Positions 13,306 to 26,170 of a stretch of 64,000 nucleotides of DNA are shown here, piece by piece. The position numbers were made by a program, and so were the translations under genes. The notes under the pieces are model-generated. The model did not search any database and was not told where the DNA came from. It worked only from the letters and a program-made list of their open reading frames with translations. The stretch is from Octopus bimaculoides (Eukaryota), in NCBI RefSeq assembly GCF_001194135.2, contig NC_068983.1, positions 42,769,336 to 42,833,335 on the forward strand, written 5' to 3'. Each line of letters starts with the position of its first letter. Position 1 is the stretch's first letter.

Positions 13306-13482
13306 TATATGCAGGCGAAACTAAGAGTAGGAGGAGACTGACTCAAACAAAATAGAAATACCAAATCTCTACTATGGTAACAAACGTTCTTCTGACGGTC
13401 AACACTCAAAGGATATATACACATACACACAGACACACACTAATTGTATATACAAGAGTAAATTATATATATATATATATAT

Positions 13483-15170
13483 AAAGTTAATTGCAGAATA
13501 AAACCGTTAGTTCATGAACTCAAAAAAAGCCGTAGCCCACCAATAACCACATATAAGAAGTACAGCATAGACCACAAAACCAAATTAGCAAAGGGAAGTC
13601 AAAATTTTTATACATAAGAATAAAAATCGATTAAAAATACAATAGAATAATATAAATAAATAAACTGCGATTAAAAAGTTGATTAAAATATTAGAGACCG
13701 GTACAAATATAGTAGAATAAAAATATATATATATAGAAAAAATATAGGGNNNNNNNNNNNNNNNNNNNNNNNNNNNNNNNNNNNNNNNNNNNNNNNNNNN
13801 NNNNNNNNNNNNNNNNNNNNNNNNNNNNNNNNNNNNNNNNNNNNNNNNNNNNNNNNNNNNNNNNNNNNNNNNNNNNNNNNNNNNNNNNNNNNNNNNNNNN
13901 NNNNNNNNNNNNNNNNNNNNNNNNNNNNNNNNNNNNNNNNNNNNNNNNNNNNNNNNNNNNNNNNNNNNNNNNNNNNNNNNNNNNNNNNNNNNNNNNNNNN
14001 NNNNNNNNNNNNNNNNNNNNNNNNNNNNNNNNNNNNNNNNNNNNNNNNNNNNNNNNNNNNNNNNNNNNNNNNNNNNNNNNNNNNNNNNNNNNNNNNNNNN
14101 NNNNNNNNNNNNNNNNNNNNNNNNNNNNNNNNNNNNNNNNNNNNNNNNNNNNNNNNNNNNNNNNNNNNNNNNNNNNNNNNNNNNNNNNNNNNNNNNNNNN
14201 NNNNNNNNNNNNNNNNNNNNNNNNNNNNNNNNNNNNNNNNNNNNNNNNNNNNNNNNNNNNNNNNNNNNNNNNNNNNNNNNNNNNNNNNNNNNNNNNNNNN
14301 NNNNNNNNNNNNNNNNNNNNNNNNNNNNNNNNNNNNNNNNNNNNNNNNNNNNNNNNNNNNNNNNNNNNNNNNNNNNNNNNNNNNNNNNNNNNNNNNNNNN
14401 NNNNNNNNNNNNNNNNNNNNNNNNNNNNNNNNNNNNNNNNNNNNNNNNNNNNNNNNNNNNNNNNNNNNNNNNNNNNTAATGCATAATAAGCACTTGCTAA
14501 TATTAGCCTTAAATTGGGGGGTTCTAGATAAGATTGACCATTCAAGAGAGTACTTCTTATTCTTCCTCTTGAGGTCATGCAGGTAAGAGGCGAGTGTTGT
14601 GGAATTATAATATTTCTCATTAGAAAAGGAACTCTTGTGCAGCCTATACCTGGCTTTAAAATTCACTGAACTTCCAATATAAAACTTATTTTGTTTGTCC
14701 TCGTCTCTAACTACACATTTATACACTACGTTTGTGGACAAACAAAGTCCGCCGAGAGGACATAAAGAAGGGTCCCTACAATTACATAATTTTTTACGGC
14801 CACTCTTAAAGTCATTTCCAATATCATTAACCGCCCTCAGAAATTTATTCTTATCAACCATTCCACTTATCTCATTCCCAGATTTAGGCATAATCCGAGG
14901 GAATGAAGAGCCCGTTCCACTATCATCGTGTGGTTTACAGTTGGTTTTATTAGAAAAAGGGTTTCCCTGAGACAGACATTCGCATAGCTTTAACTTATTT
15001 ATTTTATTCCTATTTAAAGAGGCAATATATGTGGTTATTGGTGGGCTACGGCTTTTTCAGTCGATGACCTAACGGTTTTATTCTGCAATTAACTTTGTAC
15101 CTATGTCTCAACTAGTTTGAGCACTTCTTTTACAGCCTTGTATAAATTCTTGGTTTTCTAATACAAAACT
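13483..15170 (-). mobile_element. Penelope-like element, 5'-truncated, with inverted terminal duplication
   Basis: GIY-YIG ORF on the minus strand; 13483-13553 is the reverse complement of ~15028-15097 (aaagttaattgcagaataaaaccgttag...aaaagccgtagcccaccaataaccacatata). No RT sequence seen. Confidence 0.8.
14476..14891 (-). CDS. GIY-YIG endonuclease domain of a Penelope-like retroelement (fragment; runs into N gap)
   Basis: CNCRDPSLCPLGGLCLSTNVVYKCVV...FYIGSSVNFKARYRLHKSSF...STTLASYLHDLK...LEWSIL...KCLLC: Cys-rich linker, GIY/YIG-like motifs, the R..H motif and C-terminal CxxC typical of PLE endonucleases. Confidence 0.88.
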
Positions 15171-15183
15171 GTTAATATTGAAT

Positions 15184-15221
<38 letters not shown>

Positions 15222-16045
15222 TGATTTTATATACCTGAGCAGGTGTCTTCCCAACAAGATACTATCAGCTGCTCGTATGTGCATTAAATGATTTATCTCT
15301 CACTAGTTGAAGTACTCTTTTTGTTGAGCTTATCTTAATGGAACAGTAAATTATATCATCATCATCACACACAGAGTATTTAGGATTCATAATATAGATC
15401 ACGATAAAATCAAAAAGTGATCTGAGTTTCATGTGACTGAGATAGGAAAAGTCTTGTATTTGTTGAGCTCTAGATCATTGCTTATCAAGGCAGCCTATGA
15501 TTAAAGACATCCATGCAATGACAACCCAGACTTTTGGCAGGCATCGTTTATATAGGATTACATTAGACTATGTCCTTTTTTAACATGGTAGGATGTCATA
15601 TAAGTTACAGGTGCTATTTGTTGTAGGCTGAGCGATCACTTAGAACAGGAAAGGTACAAGGTCAAAGAACATGTCTTGGCAAATTTCATCTGACCAATGC
15701 CAAAATGGAAAAGTGGTAATTATAACGTGTGTGTGTGCAAATATACACACACACACATACACATCATCCACCCATGTCTCCGTAAGTGCTGGATGGCAAT
15801 GTGGATACAGGTTTCTCTTTGTAACTCCAAAAGCACAGTCTCAAGTTCTATCTCACAGTATGGAACAAACTAATACTTTGTGAGTGGAATTGTTAGATGG
15901 AAACAATAACAGGAATCCATCATGGACAGATATGCTTTTCTCAGAGGAAAGAAAACAAACAGCATCACTTGCAGGAGCCATGATTCTTTACAGCCATCAT
16001 CTGACGTCAAGGCAAGGGTACACACTAACACACACACACATGTAA

Positions 16046-16077
<32 letters not shown>

Positions 16078-16344
16078 NNNNNNNNNNNNNNNNNNNNNNN
16101 NNNNNNNNNNNNNNNNNNNNNNNNNNNNNNNNNNNNNNNNNNNNNNNNNNNNNNNNNNNNNNNNNNNNNNNNNNNNNNNNNNNNNNNNNNNNNNNNNNNN
16201 NNNNNNNNNNNNNNNNNNNNNNNNNNNNNNNNNNNNNNNNNNNNNNNNNNNNNNNNNNNNNNNNNNNNNNNNNNNNNNNNNNNNNNNNNNNNNNNNNNNN
16301 NNNNNNNNNNNNNNNNNNNNNNNNNNNNNNNNNNNNNNNNNNNN

Positions 16345-16377
<33 letters not shown>

Positions 16378-16379
<2 letters not shown>

Positions 16380-16598
16380 TATTGAACCTTGGAAAGGTTA
16401 TTACGACAGTAATAATAAACACACACACTGGTTCAGTCCTTTATTGTTTTTATTCAGTATTTTTCGTGCTAATTCTTTTCCTTTTTTTTATTTTGTCAAA
16501 TACAAAAAAAAAAACACGAACAATACTAATTCATAAAGGACCAAACCAGTGCGTGTGTTTATTATTACCGGTATAATGCCCCTCCCAAGATTCAATAG
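16378..16598. repeat. Foldback with ~65-bp inverted arms
   Basis: 16378-16444 pairs with 16533-16598 (actattgaa..ttgg..agg..tta...gtaataataaacacac.cactggtt..gtcctttat). Confidence 0.8.
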
Positions 16599-17079
16599 TA
16601 TTTCTTTCAACACACAAATTCACATCAAGAACCTTGCAAACCAAATACAAATACGAATTATATATACAAAATTCGTCTGCCACACGACTGAATTTACTTC
16701 TTTTACACAATGAAAGCGACAGAGATTGTGTGGTTTTCAATCATTTCCACCAAAGAGGAATAATGATATCAGTAAAATAAAATGTGAGTGCCAATAATAT
16801 CTGGTTCTGGTCTTGAGTTGGTTGTGACCGAAGTTTTCGACCATGGTTGTTTCAGCAGTTAAAGGGAAGTAACTCAAACAGTCTAACCAATTCAGAGCCT
16901 TGTGATTAGGTTTGGTGGGTGCAAACTGAAAGAAGCGTGTCATATATGCGCATGCGCTTGTTTTGCTTCTTTGTTTTGACATCTGAAGTAATTTTTGTAA
17001 ATGTATGTCATCCATTTCCGATATTCTGCAAAAACACGTCCAACTCTGGGGAAAATATTACTTTTCTTGGAAACAGATG

Positions 17080-17350
17080 AAGTTTGTCGACAGGAAGAGC
17101 TTCCAGTCATAGAAAAATATGCAAAATTGCAGTCTTGGCAGATACCAGTGTCACGCAAATAGCACCGGTGCTGGTTTCACGTAAAAGCACCCTTTACACT
17201 CTTGGAGTGGTTGGCATTAAGAAGGGCATTTCAGCCACAGAAAACCATGTCAAATCAGACAGCAGTTGGGTGTGGCCTCCCAGCTTGCCAGCCTTGATCA
17301 AACTGTCCAACCCATGCCAGCATGGACAATGGAAGTCAAATGATGATGAA
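17080..17350 (+). mobile_element. Family A/C-type copy (sense)
   Basis: ttggcattaagaagggcatttcagcc...ccaacccatgccagcatgg...tgatgatg; a similar copy lies at 18020-18315. Confidence 0.75.
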
Positions 17351-18518
17351 TAAAGATGGAAGGAATTTTACTTTTTATAATTTGATATTTTCCTAAATTC
17401 TATGTAAGCACGTCACTTAGTGGTTAGGGTATTTGGCAAAAAATTGCAAGGTCACGAGTTCGATTCCTGGTGTCTCGTGTAAGACACTTTATTTCATGTT
17501 GCTCCAGTTCACTCAGCTGGCAAAAATGTGTTGTACCAGTATTTCAAAGGGGCTCCTCTTGTCACATTCTCTTGTCATGCTGAATCTCCCTGAGAACTAC
17601 GTCAAGAGTACATGTGTCTGTGGAGTGCTTGCACTTTAATTTCATGAGCGGGCTGTTCCACTGAGCATATCAACTAGAACCCTCATCTTTGTAACCAAGA
17701 GTCATCATCATCATCAAAGTGACAGTTATAAATTATAGGAAGGATTCTGCAGAGTGAGTTTATTGAAACTTAAGATCAACATGAACGCTATTAGAATAAT
17801 GTAGACACACATCTCCCTGATCTAGATGACTAAATGATACATTTGAACCAAGAAATTCAAAGATGCTATGCTTGAATTAAAAGAAATTCAGTCCTTGAAT
17901 TTGTGGCGGAAATGTTAATCCTTGTAGGAACTCAGAACAGACATGCTAACCTTTCATTTGACACGGGACCACCTCCTCCAATTCTCCCTCCCCTCACAAA
18001 GGATCTTTGTCTTGCAAGTTACCTGGTGACCCTGCCAGTGCAGGTGCCACTTAAAAAGCATCCAGTCCATACTGTAAAGTGGTAGGCATTTAGAAGGGCC
18101 TCCAGCTGTAAAAACCTTCCTAAAACTGACCTCACCTGTGCTTGTGCCATGTAAAAAGCACTGTCCACTCTACTGGGTCGCTGGTGTTAGGAAGGGCATC
18201 TAGCTATAAAAAACCCTGCCAAAACAAAGTCTGATGCAGGATCGTGCCTGACCAGCTTCTGTTAAACCATCCAACCCATGCCAACATGGAAGGACGTTAA
18301 ACAATGATGATAATGAATAACAGTTTTAAATTTTAGCACAAGGCCAGCAAGGTCGAGGGATGGAGTAAGTCAATTACATCAACCCTGAAACCGATTTTAT
18401 CGACCCTGAAAGGATGAAAGGCAAAGTCAATCTTGGCAGAATTTGAACTCGAAATGTGAAGAAATACGCATTGCTGCTAAGCATTTTACTTGGTGATTTT
18501 TGTCAGCTTGTTACCTTC

Positions 18519-18551
<33 letters not shown>

Positions 18552-18689
18552 CCACCATTGAAGTATGAAACTGCTATTTGTGACATACATTCTTCATCTA
18601 ACTAAAACAAATGATAAGGATGATGTCATAATAATTAACAAAAAAAAAACATTGACACAGAAAGAAAGACATTAGTGAAATCTGAAAAT

Positions 18690-18810
18690 AGCCAGAATAA
18701 AGTCTGTAACAGAAACCAGATGGCCTGAGTTGATGGTGCCAATTGTGGTAATAATGGTAAATCCAGGAGAGTCGGCCGAGTATCTCATCTGATTAAATTT
18801 CTGTATATAT
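18690..18810 (+). pseudogene. Possible decayed RTE APE-endonuclease fragment
   Basis: Frame reads NLKIARIKSVTETRWP (cf. ilGvsETRW); the match is short and frameshifted. Confidence 0.3.
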
Positions 18811-18829
18811 ATCAAGTATCTTCTACTAT

Positions 18830-18894
18830 CTAGCCTTGGACAGATCAAAGTATTGTGAGTGGATTTGGTAGACAGAAACTGAAAGAAACCTGTC

Positions 18895-18943
<49 letters not shown>

Positions 18944-19123
18944 CGTGTGTGTGTATATTGAGGCTGTGTGACAAGAAGCTTGCAACCCAATTACATGGAC
19001 CTGGGTTCAGTCCCACTGCGTCGCATCTTGGGCAAGTGTCTTCTACTATAGCCTTGGGCCCAGTCTGGCCCAGTCTTGTGAATGGATGTAGACAGAAACT
19101 GAAAGAAACCTGTTGTGTGTGTG

Positions 19124-19158
<35 letters not shown>

Positions 19159-19316
19159 TGAGGCTGTGTGGTAAGAGGTTTGCAACCCATCCACATAGAT
19201 CTGGGTTCATTCCCACTGTTGCACCTTGGGCAAGTTTTCTTCTGCTATAGCCTTGGGTTTAGCAAAGCCTTGTGAGTGGATATGGTAGAAGGAAACTGAA
19301 AGAAACCCATCACATA
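18830..19316 (+). mobile_element. Three tandem family D heads separated by microsatellites
   Basis: Units at ~18830-18895 (partial), 18958-19115 and 19158-19315; the last two both begin tatattgaggctgtgtg. Confidence 0.8.
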
Positions 19317-20622
19317 NNNNNNNNNNNNNNNNNNNNNNNNNNNNNNNNNNNNNNNNNNNNNNNNNNNNNNNNNNNNNNNNNNNNNNNNNNNNNNNNNNNN
19401 NNNNNNNNNNNNNNNNNNNNNNNNNNNNNNNNNNNNNNNNNNNNNNNNNNNNNNNNNNNNNNNNNNNNNNNNNNNNNNNNNNNNNNNNNNNNNNNNNNNN
19501 NNNNNNNNNNNNNNNNNNNNNNNNNNNNNNNNNNNNNNNNNNNNNNNNNNNNNNNNNNNNNNNNNNNNNNNNNNNNNNNNNNNNNNNNNNNNNNNNNNNN
19601 NNNNNNNNNNNNNNNNNNNNNNNNNNNNATATATATATATATATAAATGCCAAAACGAATTTGTGTCAGCGTGTCAGACTTTGCCCCCACTCCTGCTGGG
19701 GTGAGAGTAATAATACGCATATAGACTGCGAGGGTGATAGTAATAGTATGAGCTGTAGTTATGATAGAGGGGGAGGCAATGGTGATGATGGCAGTGACAG
19801 TGTTAGCAAAGGCGTGGGGTCAACTCGTTCAACGGAAAATTCTACAAGACAGTGCCCCAGCATGGTCACAGTTTAAAGACTGAAACAAATAAGAGAGCAG
19901 ATGATGATCACCTTTCAACATCCATCTTCCATGCTGATACGGATTGGATGGCTGAAGGGGATTTGATGGGTCCAAAGACTGCATCCTATTCCAATATCTT
20001 GCTTTAGCATGGTCTCTATGGCTGCAGGTCATTCCTAACAGCACCTGCATTACATCATGTACTGGATACTCTTTCATGGCACCAACACTAGTGAGGTGAC
20101 CATGTCACTTGCAAGACTAAGATCTCCTACATTTGAGTGGAGATATAGCAGAGGAAGGCAGTTTTTATGCTAGGAGATCATCCTCATGTTTTAAATCCAA
20201 GTTTTGTCCCTGTTAATGGAGGTGGTCAGATCTACCTCAATGCCATAGCAACTGCCCTCACACTATCTCGCCCGGCTTTAGGTTTTCAAACCAACCCTCC
20301 CAATCCCCTCCTCCACCTGTCCCCCTCCACCTTTTCCTCAGTCTACCTCGACATTAAATTATGAAAGAAGGGGCCAGAGCAGAATAGGTTTCTTATTGTA
20401 GAGGAGATACAATGGCTACTCCTAGAAGACTGGGTGGCAGTAACCTGGATGAACTTCGAAAGGGAGATAAAATAATGGTGATGGAAATCTCAGGGTGGAC
20501 TCTCATACATAATACCATTGTATTAACCTCCTCATCACCCTTCAATGTATAAAAGACAATGCCAAATAGAGATTGGAAGGAAACTCAGTTATAGTTTGAC
20601 AATTTCTTAACTTATGATTTAA

Positions 20623-20826
20623 CCCTTCAGCATTTAAACAGGTCATATCCAACCCATATATTCAAACTAGACACATCTGGCCTCTCACACCTATCCTACA
20701 GTGTCATTATAAAAATATACAATAACATCGTTAAAATCTGAAGGTTACAAGTTAATGCAGGATAAATTCAAAACAATGGGAATAAATAAGTATTACAATT
20801 GACAAAGAAATCTGAATGCTAAAGAG
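20623..20826. mobile_element. piggyBac-like MITE, intact
   Basis: TTAA (20619-22) CCCTTCAGCATT ... AATGCTAAAGAG TTAA (20827-30); TIR 10/12. A truncated copy lies at ~23958-24110. Confidence 0.8.
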
Positions 20827-22054
20827 TTAAAGAAGTTGTAAGCATGATGGTATGGGTAAGAAGTTTTCTTTGCAACTACGAGGCTCTGAGTTCAGTCCCA
20901 TTGCATAGTACCTTGGGTAATTGTCATTTAATCTATCTCTGGGTTCACCAATGCATTGTCAGTGAATATGGTAAAGAAACTGTATGGAAGCAGGTCGTGT
21001 AAGTATTTCCTCCAATCAACTCTTTTTTTTTTTTCTTTGATTGGGTTCCGGGAGGCAATCATAATGCAGTGTAAATGTGTAGATATTTATTATGGCAAAA
21101 AAGAGAGAGAGAGAAAGAAAGATTAGGATTTCTTCTTTCTATAACTGGCATTTGGTTGGTCCTTCCATTTTAATAATGAGCAAGGCAGAGAAAAACTGTT
21201 TCATAATTAGCTACTTCATCGCAATAATAATGACAACTGTAAACAGAAACATTCCTAGTGTTTGTTCAACATCATTAGTTGTAAGATGACAGAATTGTGT
21301 GACACTGGTCATCACATGTTCTGTATTGAAAATGGTGAACCAGAAGAATACAATAAACTAAGCATACATTTCTTTTGCTTTAGTAAATAAACATGCATGC
21401 CATTGGATAACGGATGTAACGAGCAACCAAGAGAAAAGAGAAAGAATGGAGAAAAAAAACGAAATTTCCATAAAGATGTGGATTTGGAAAGGAACTGACA
21501 TCAAAATCTACAGTGTGGAAAACAAACAGATTGATTCAACATTCTCGCTCTCTCTCGTTATATTTCTATGTGAGAGAAAAAGTCTGAGAACATTCTTTGT
21601 TGCTTCAAAGGAAAAATTATATCTTGACTAGCAGGATTCAGTGAATATTTCACAGAATTAATGGTAAACCTATTGAGTTATTTCTGAAAACTTTATCCAA
21701 AAAACCTGAAAGCATAGCTTGTGTTCTGTCTATGGAAAGACAGTCGCTCATCTGCTATTCATTGAAAAGTGAAAGAAACTGGAATATGATGATTACTTAA
21801 TGCACTTTATATATACACTTTATATACTTTACACACAATTTCATAGACTTAATACACGGCACTCATAAATATTCACTCTTATTTTTCCATTTTTCCCATA
21901 AAGAAAAAAAAAACTCATACATGATACAACCTTTAGTTAAATTGTATATATCTGCCATGTAAATAAGCATGAATATTTCACGGAATTGCACTTATGCACA
22001 TGCATTAAGTGATAGGTGATATGAAAAACTTAGTTCAATTAAAAAAAATATACA

Positions 22055-22438
22055 CAGGAATGGCTGTGTGGTAAGTAGCTTGCTTACCAACCACATGGTT
22101 CTGGGTTCAGTCCCACTGCATGGCACCTTGGGCAAGTGTCTTCTACTATAGCCTCGGGCCGACCAAAGCCTTGTGAGTGGATTTGGTAGATGGAAACTGA
22201 AAGAAGCCCGTCGTATATATGTATATATATATATATGTATGTGTGTCTGTGTTTGTTCCCCCACCATCGCTTGACAACCGATGCTGGTGTGTTTACGTCC
22301 CCGTAACTTAGCGGTTCAGCAAAAAAGACCGATAGAATAAGTACTAGGCTAACAAAGAATAAGTCCTGGGGTCGATTTGTTCAACTAAATGCGGTGCTCC
22401 AGCATGGCCACAGTCAAATGACTGAAACAAGTAAAAGA
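22055..22438 (+). mobile_element. Family D tRNA-derived SINE, full length
   Basis: A-box-like TGGCTGTGTGG, B-box-like GGTTCAGTCCC, accttgggcaagt body, central (TA)/(TG) microsatellite, tail gtgctccagcatggccacagtcaaatgactgaaacaagtaaaaga. Confidence 0.9.
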
Positions 22439-23427
22439 GTTTTCACTATCCAGTCACCACCACCACCATCATCATCTTTCCCCCTCCCCCTCACTCTGCC
22501 TTTCTTTAACCTCACCCCCTCTGCTAAAAGTATTAAGTTCCCCCTACCTTACATCATGGATGCTTCTCTCCCTCTTTCTTTCTCACGCTTTTCTCTCTTT
22601 CCCTTTCTTTTTTCTGTATCACTCTTCACTTTATCTTTCTTTTTTTCCTTTTTCCTTTCAACTAATCATGTGAAAGCATTACAATTACATTCCCTCTACT
22701 TCACGTCATGGACGCTTCTCTCTCCCTCTTTTCCACTCTCCCTCTGTTTCTCTAATCACATGAAAGCATTACCGACAGGCTAAGTAGTGCAATGACAAGC
22801 AGGATTATTATAAGATTCTCGTAATCAATCTTTCTCCCACCATAAGATGGTGAGCAGGAAAAAGGCCAAGTAGCATTTCTTCCAACTTTATGTTTTGTAT
22901 TCAATTCCCACTGGGGTCAACCCGCCTTTCATCCCTTTCAGGGTTCAATGAAATAAGTACCAGTGGAACACTATGGGTCAGTGTACTTGATTTATCCCCT
23001 TCCTCGAAAATGCTGGCTTTGTGCCAAAATTTGAAACCACTATCTCTCTCCCACCTGTGTTTTCTGATTTAAAATCTGCTGTTTCTTGTAAATCATCTTA
23101 AATTCAGGCTTACAGTGAAGAAATCCAGATAAGATCGAAATACATCCATGCAATTGGAATTATATTGTTCTTTCTTCATTATTATTAGATAATTAGATTA
23201 AATGCAATTCAACAGCTGAATATTAATTACTACCTCAGGCGTTGCTGTGTGGTAAGCAGTTAGCTTTCCAACCACATGGTTCTCGGTTCAGCCCCACTGT
23301 TTGGCCCCTTAGGCAAATGTCCCTAGGCCAATCAGAGCATTGGAAGAGGATTTAGTAGATGGAAACTGAAAGACACCCTTTGTGTGGGGGTTTGTCTCCT
23401 TGGCTTATCATCGCATAAGTTTTAAAT

Positions 23428-23733
23428 CAGTGGTTCCCAAACTTTTTCAAGCTGCCGCATCTTTAGCACCCAGGCCACATTCCTAGCGCCCCCTTACCCT
23501 CCCCACCACAATATAGACCACCTCCTGCAGCAAATTCAAAACAACCGTATCTTACAAATAAAACAAACCTAATTAACCTATCAATACTTTTTTTTTACAT
23601 CTATCACCCCATTATCATCCCCCCCCCNNNNNNNNNNNNNNNNNNNNNNNNNNNNNNNNNNNNNNNNNNNNNNCCCCCCCCCCACCCCCACACACACACA
23701 AGGTAGCAGTACTGCTCACTTTGGGAATCACAG
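23428..23733. mobile_element. hAT (Charlie-like) MITE
   Basis: CAGTGGTTCCCAAA...TTTGGGAATCACAG with a perfect 8-bp TSD ttttaaat (23420-27 / 23734-41). Confidence 0.85.
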
Positions 23734-24115
23734 TTTTAAATAAATGCCGCTGCCATCTAAGCAATGTCATTTCATTTCCAATAGTCGACCTAAAAATCCA
23801 GCCATGGATAAATACTACCTTCCTTGAAAATAGGAAGGCCATCCAGCCCTCAAACTTCATCTGACTCGTGTAAGCATGGAAAAGTAGACATTTAAATGAT
23901 GAGGGTTTCTTTCAAGTAAATATGAAATGATTTCACTTCCACCTCATCATCAGTATTTAACCCATTAGCATTTGAACTGGCCATATCTAGTCAAAATGTC
24001 TGTTTTGTTTCATGCCTATCACACCTAACCTACAATGTCGTTCTAAAAATAAACAATCACATCATTGAAATATTAAAGCTGCAAGATAATTCATCATGAT
24101 TAATTCAATGCAATT

Positions 24116-24291
24116 CTTTTATTCTTTTGTTTCAGTCATTTGACCGTGTCCATGCTGGAGCACGGCCTTTAAGACATTCTTTATAAGCCTAATAATTATT
24201 CTATCGGTCTTTTTTGCCGAACCGCTAAGTTACTGGGATGTAAACACACCAGCATTGGTTGTCAAGCAATGGTGGGGAGGGTGGGACAGAC

Positions 24292-24335
<44 letters not shown>

Positions 24336-24475
24336 GATGGGCTTCTTTCAGTTTCCATCTACCAAATCCACTCACAAGGCTTTGATCAGCCCGAGGCTAT
24401 AGTAGAAGACACTTGCCCAAGGCGCCACGCAGTGGGACTGAACCTGGAACTATGTGGTTGGTAAGCAGGCTACTT
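24116..24475 (-). mobile_element. Family D SINE, near full length
   Basis: Reverse complement of 22055-22438. Confidence 0.9.
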
Positions 24476-24607
24476 TATTTCATTATATTGGCTTGGACAA
24501 AGAGAGGAGATGAATGATGAACACGATGATATTGATGGGAGAAGGCAGAAGTTGCCTTCTGTGTGGTAAGCAAGCTACTTACCACACAGCCACTCCTATA
24601 TACTTTA

Positions 24608-24753
24608 TTATTAAAGCTGCAAAAAAAAAAAAAAAAAAAAACTGTTACTCAGAGTTTCATGCTCCCATTTATCAGACTGTCCGACAAATGGGAACGTGAA
24701 ACTGAGAAACAGTTTTGTTTTTTTTTCTCATGATGTTTTAGCAGCTTTAATAA
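24608..24753. repeat. Long imperfect hairpin (probable PLE-type inverted end)
   Basis: ttattaaagctgc...aaactgtt.ctcag..tttca.g.tcccattt / aaatggga.cgtgaaac.tgag.aacagtttt...gcagctttaataa. Confidence 0.75.
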
Positions 24754-25954
24754 AGCATATTACTTTACCTCCGGTATTTGAGTACTATTTTTTTTTCCCA
24801 CCTTGTTTCACATTTATGTGCTTACTCTGGTGCGTGCGTGTATGACAAAGACAGGTGTAGGAACAACAAGCAGGTATATTAGTTTAACGCTTGTGAACAC
24901 ATACACAAACTTATAACAAAATTGGTCAAATTAGACGGAGACAGTCACAATTTATTGTGACTGTCACAAATAGCAGAGATAAATCACAGAAGAGAGGAAT
25001 TTACAACAGATAATGGTTTAGTCACAACACATACAAGATTAACAATCTATTGTTTTTTCATACTCACGCTCTCTTTCTCTCCATGTTTTGATATAAATAA
25101 ATACAAAAGCCTATTTTTTTTAGCTATTTAATTAAACCATAGCAATGCTTTATTTCTGAAAGTTTAAAGGTATTACATTTTTATGTGAAACTGCACACCT
25201 GAATATAATAAAAATTGCAATTAATGGCTTATTATTTTCAACATTTAAACAAGCATTATTTCATCTAGATTTTCCTCGAATTGTTCTACAGCCCCGTGGG
25301 TGGAATATATTCATAAATTTATACATTTTTATTGGAACAGCTTTTCACAGCTATTTATGTATTTATATATATATATCTTCTTCACACTCTTAATCACTCA
25401 GTAAACAAAGCAGAAGAGCAAGATTTCTCTTGATTTATTAGATTCTGGTGACAAATCCAACCCATGCTAGCATGGAGAGAATAAGTACCTTGGGTCTGGC
25501 TCTTTACTATAGAACTGGAGCTACCAATTCCTTGCAAGTGAATTTGGTAGATAGAAGAAAACAAAAGGAAGAAAGAATCATAATTTTAACAACCATCTTT
25601 TTACGTTTGCATGAATCAAATGGAATTCAATGAGACGGGGGTTTTCTGCAGCCAGACACCGTTTCCTGTCATCAACCCTCACCTGTTTCCAAGTAACAAT
25701 TCCCATGGCAAGCTAGGTTTCCACTTAAGAATGGAAATGAATGCCAGTCATACTCACAACTCTCACATGGTGTCAAGACAAGCACACACGCACAAACTGT
25801 GTGTGTGTGTGTATTATATAGGAAATTACTTAACAAGGAGAAATTATGACAAACTTTATTAACTTACAGCTGTTTCTGCTACAAGATGCAATGCACTCAT
25901 AGCTGAATGCTTGTATATCAACCTATAGCTTCAGAGCTTCAGAAAAAATATATA

Positions 25955-26115
25955 TGAGTGGCTGTGTGTTAAGTAACTTGCTTACCAACCACATGGTTCC
26001 GGGTTCAGTCCCATTGCGTGGCACCTTGGGCAAGTGTCTTCTACTATAGCTTCGGGCCGACCAAAGCCTTGTGAGTGGATTTGGTAGACGGAAACTGAAA
26101 GAAGCCTGTCGTGTG

Positions 26116-26170
<55 letters not shown>

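Noticed and set aside
20412-20552. Short ORF MATPRRLGGSNLDELRKGDK...
   Set aside because: 46 codons with no recognisable motif or supporting splice pattern.
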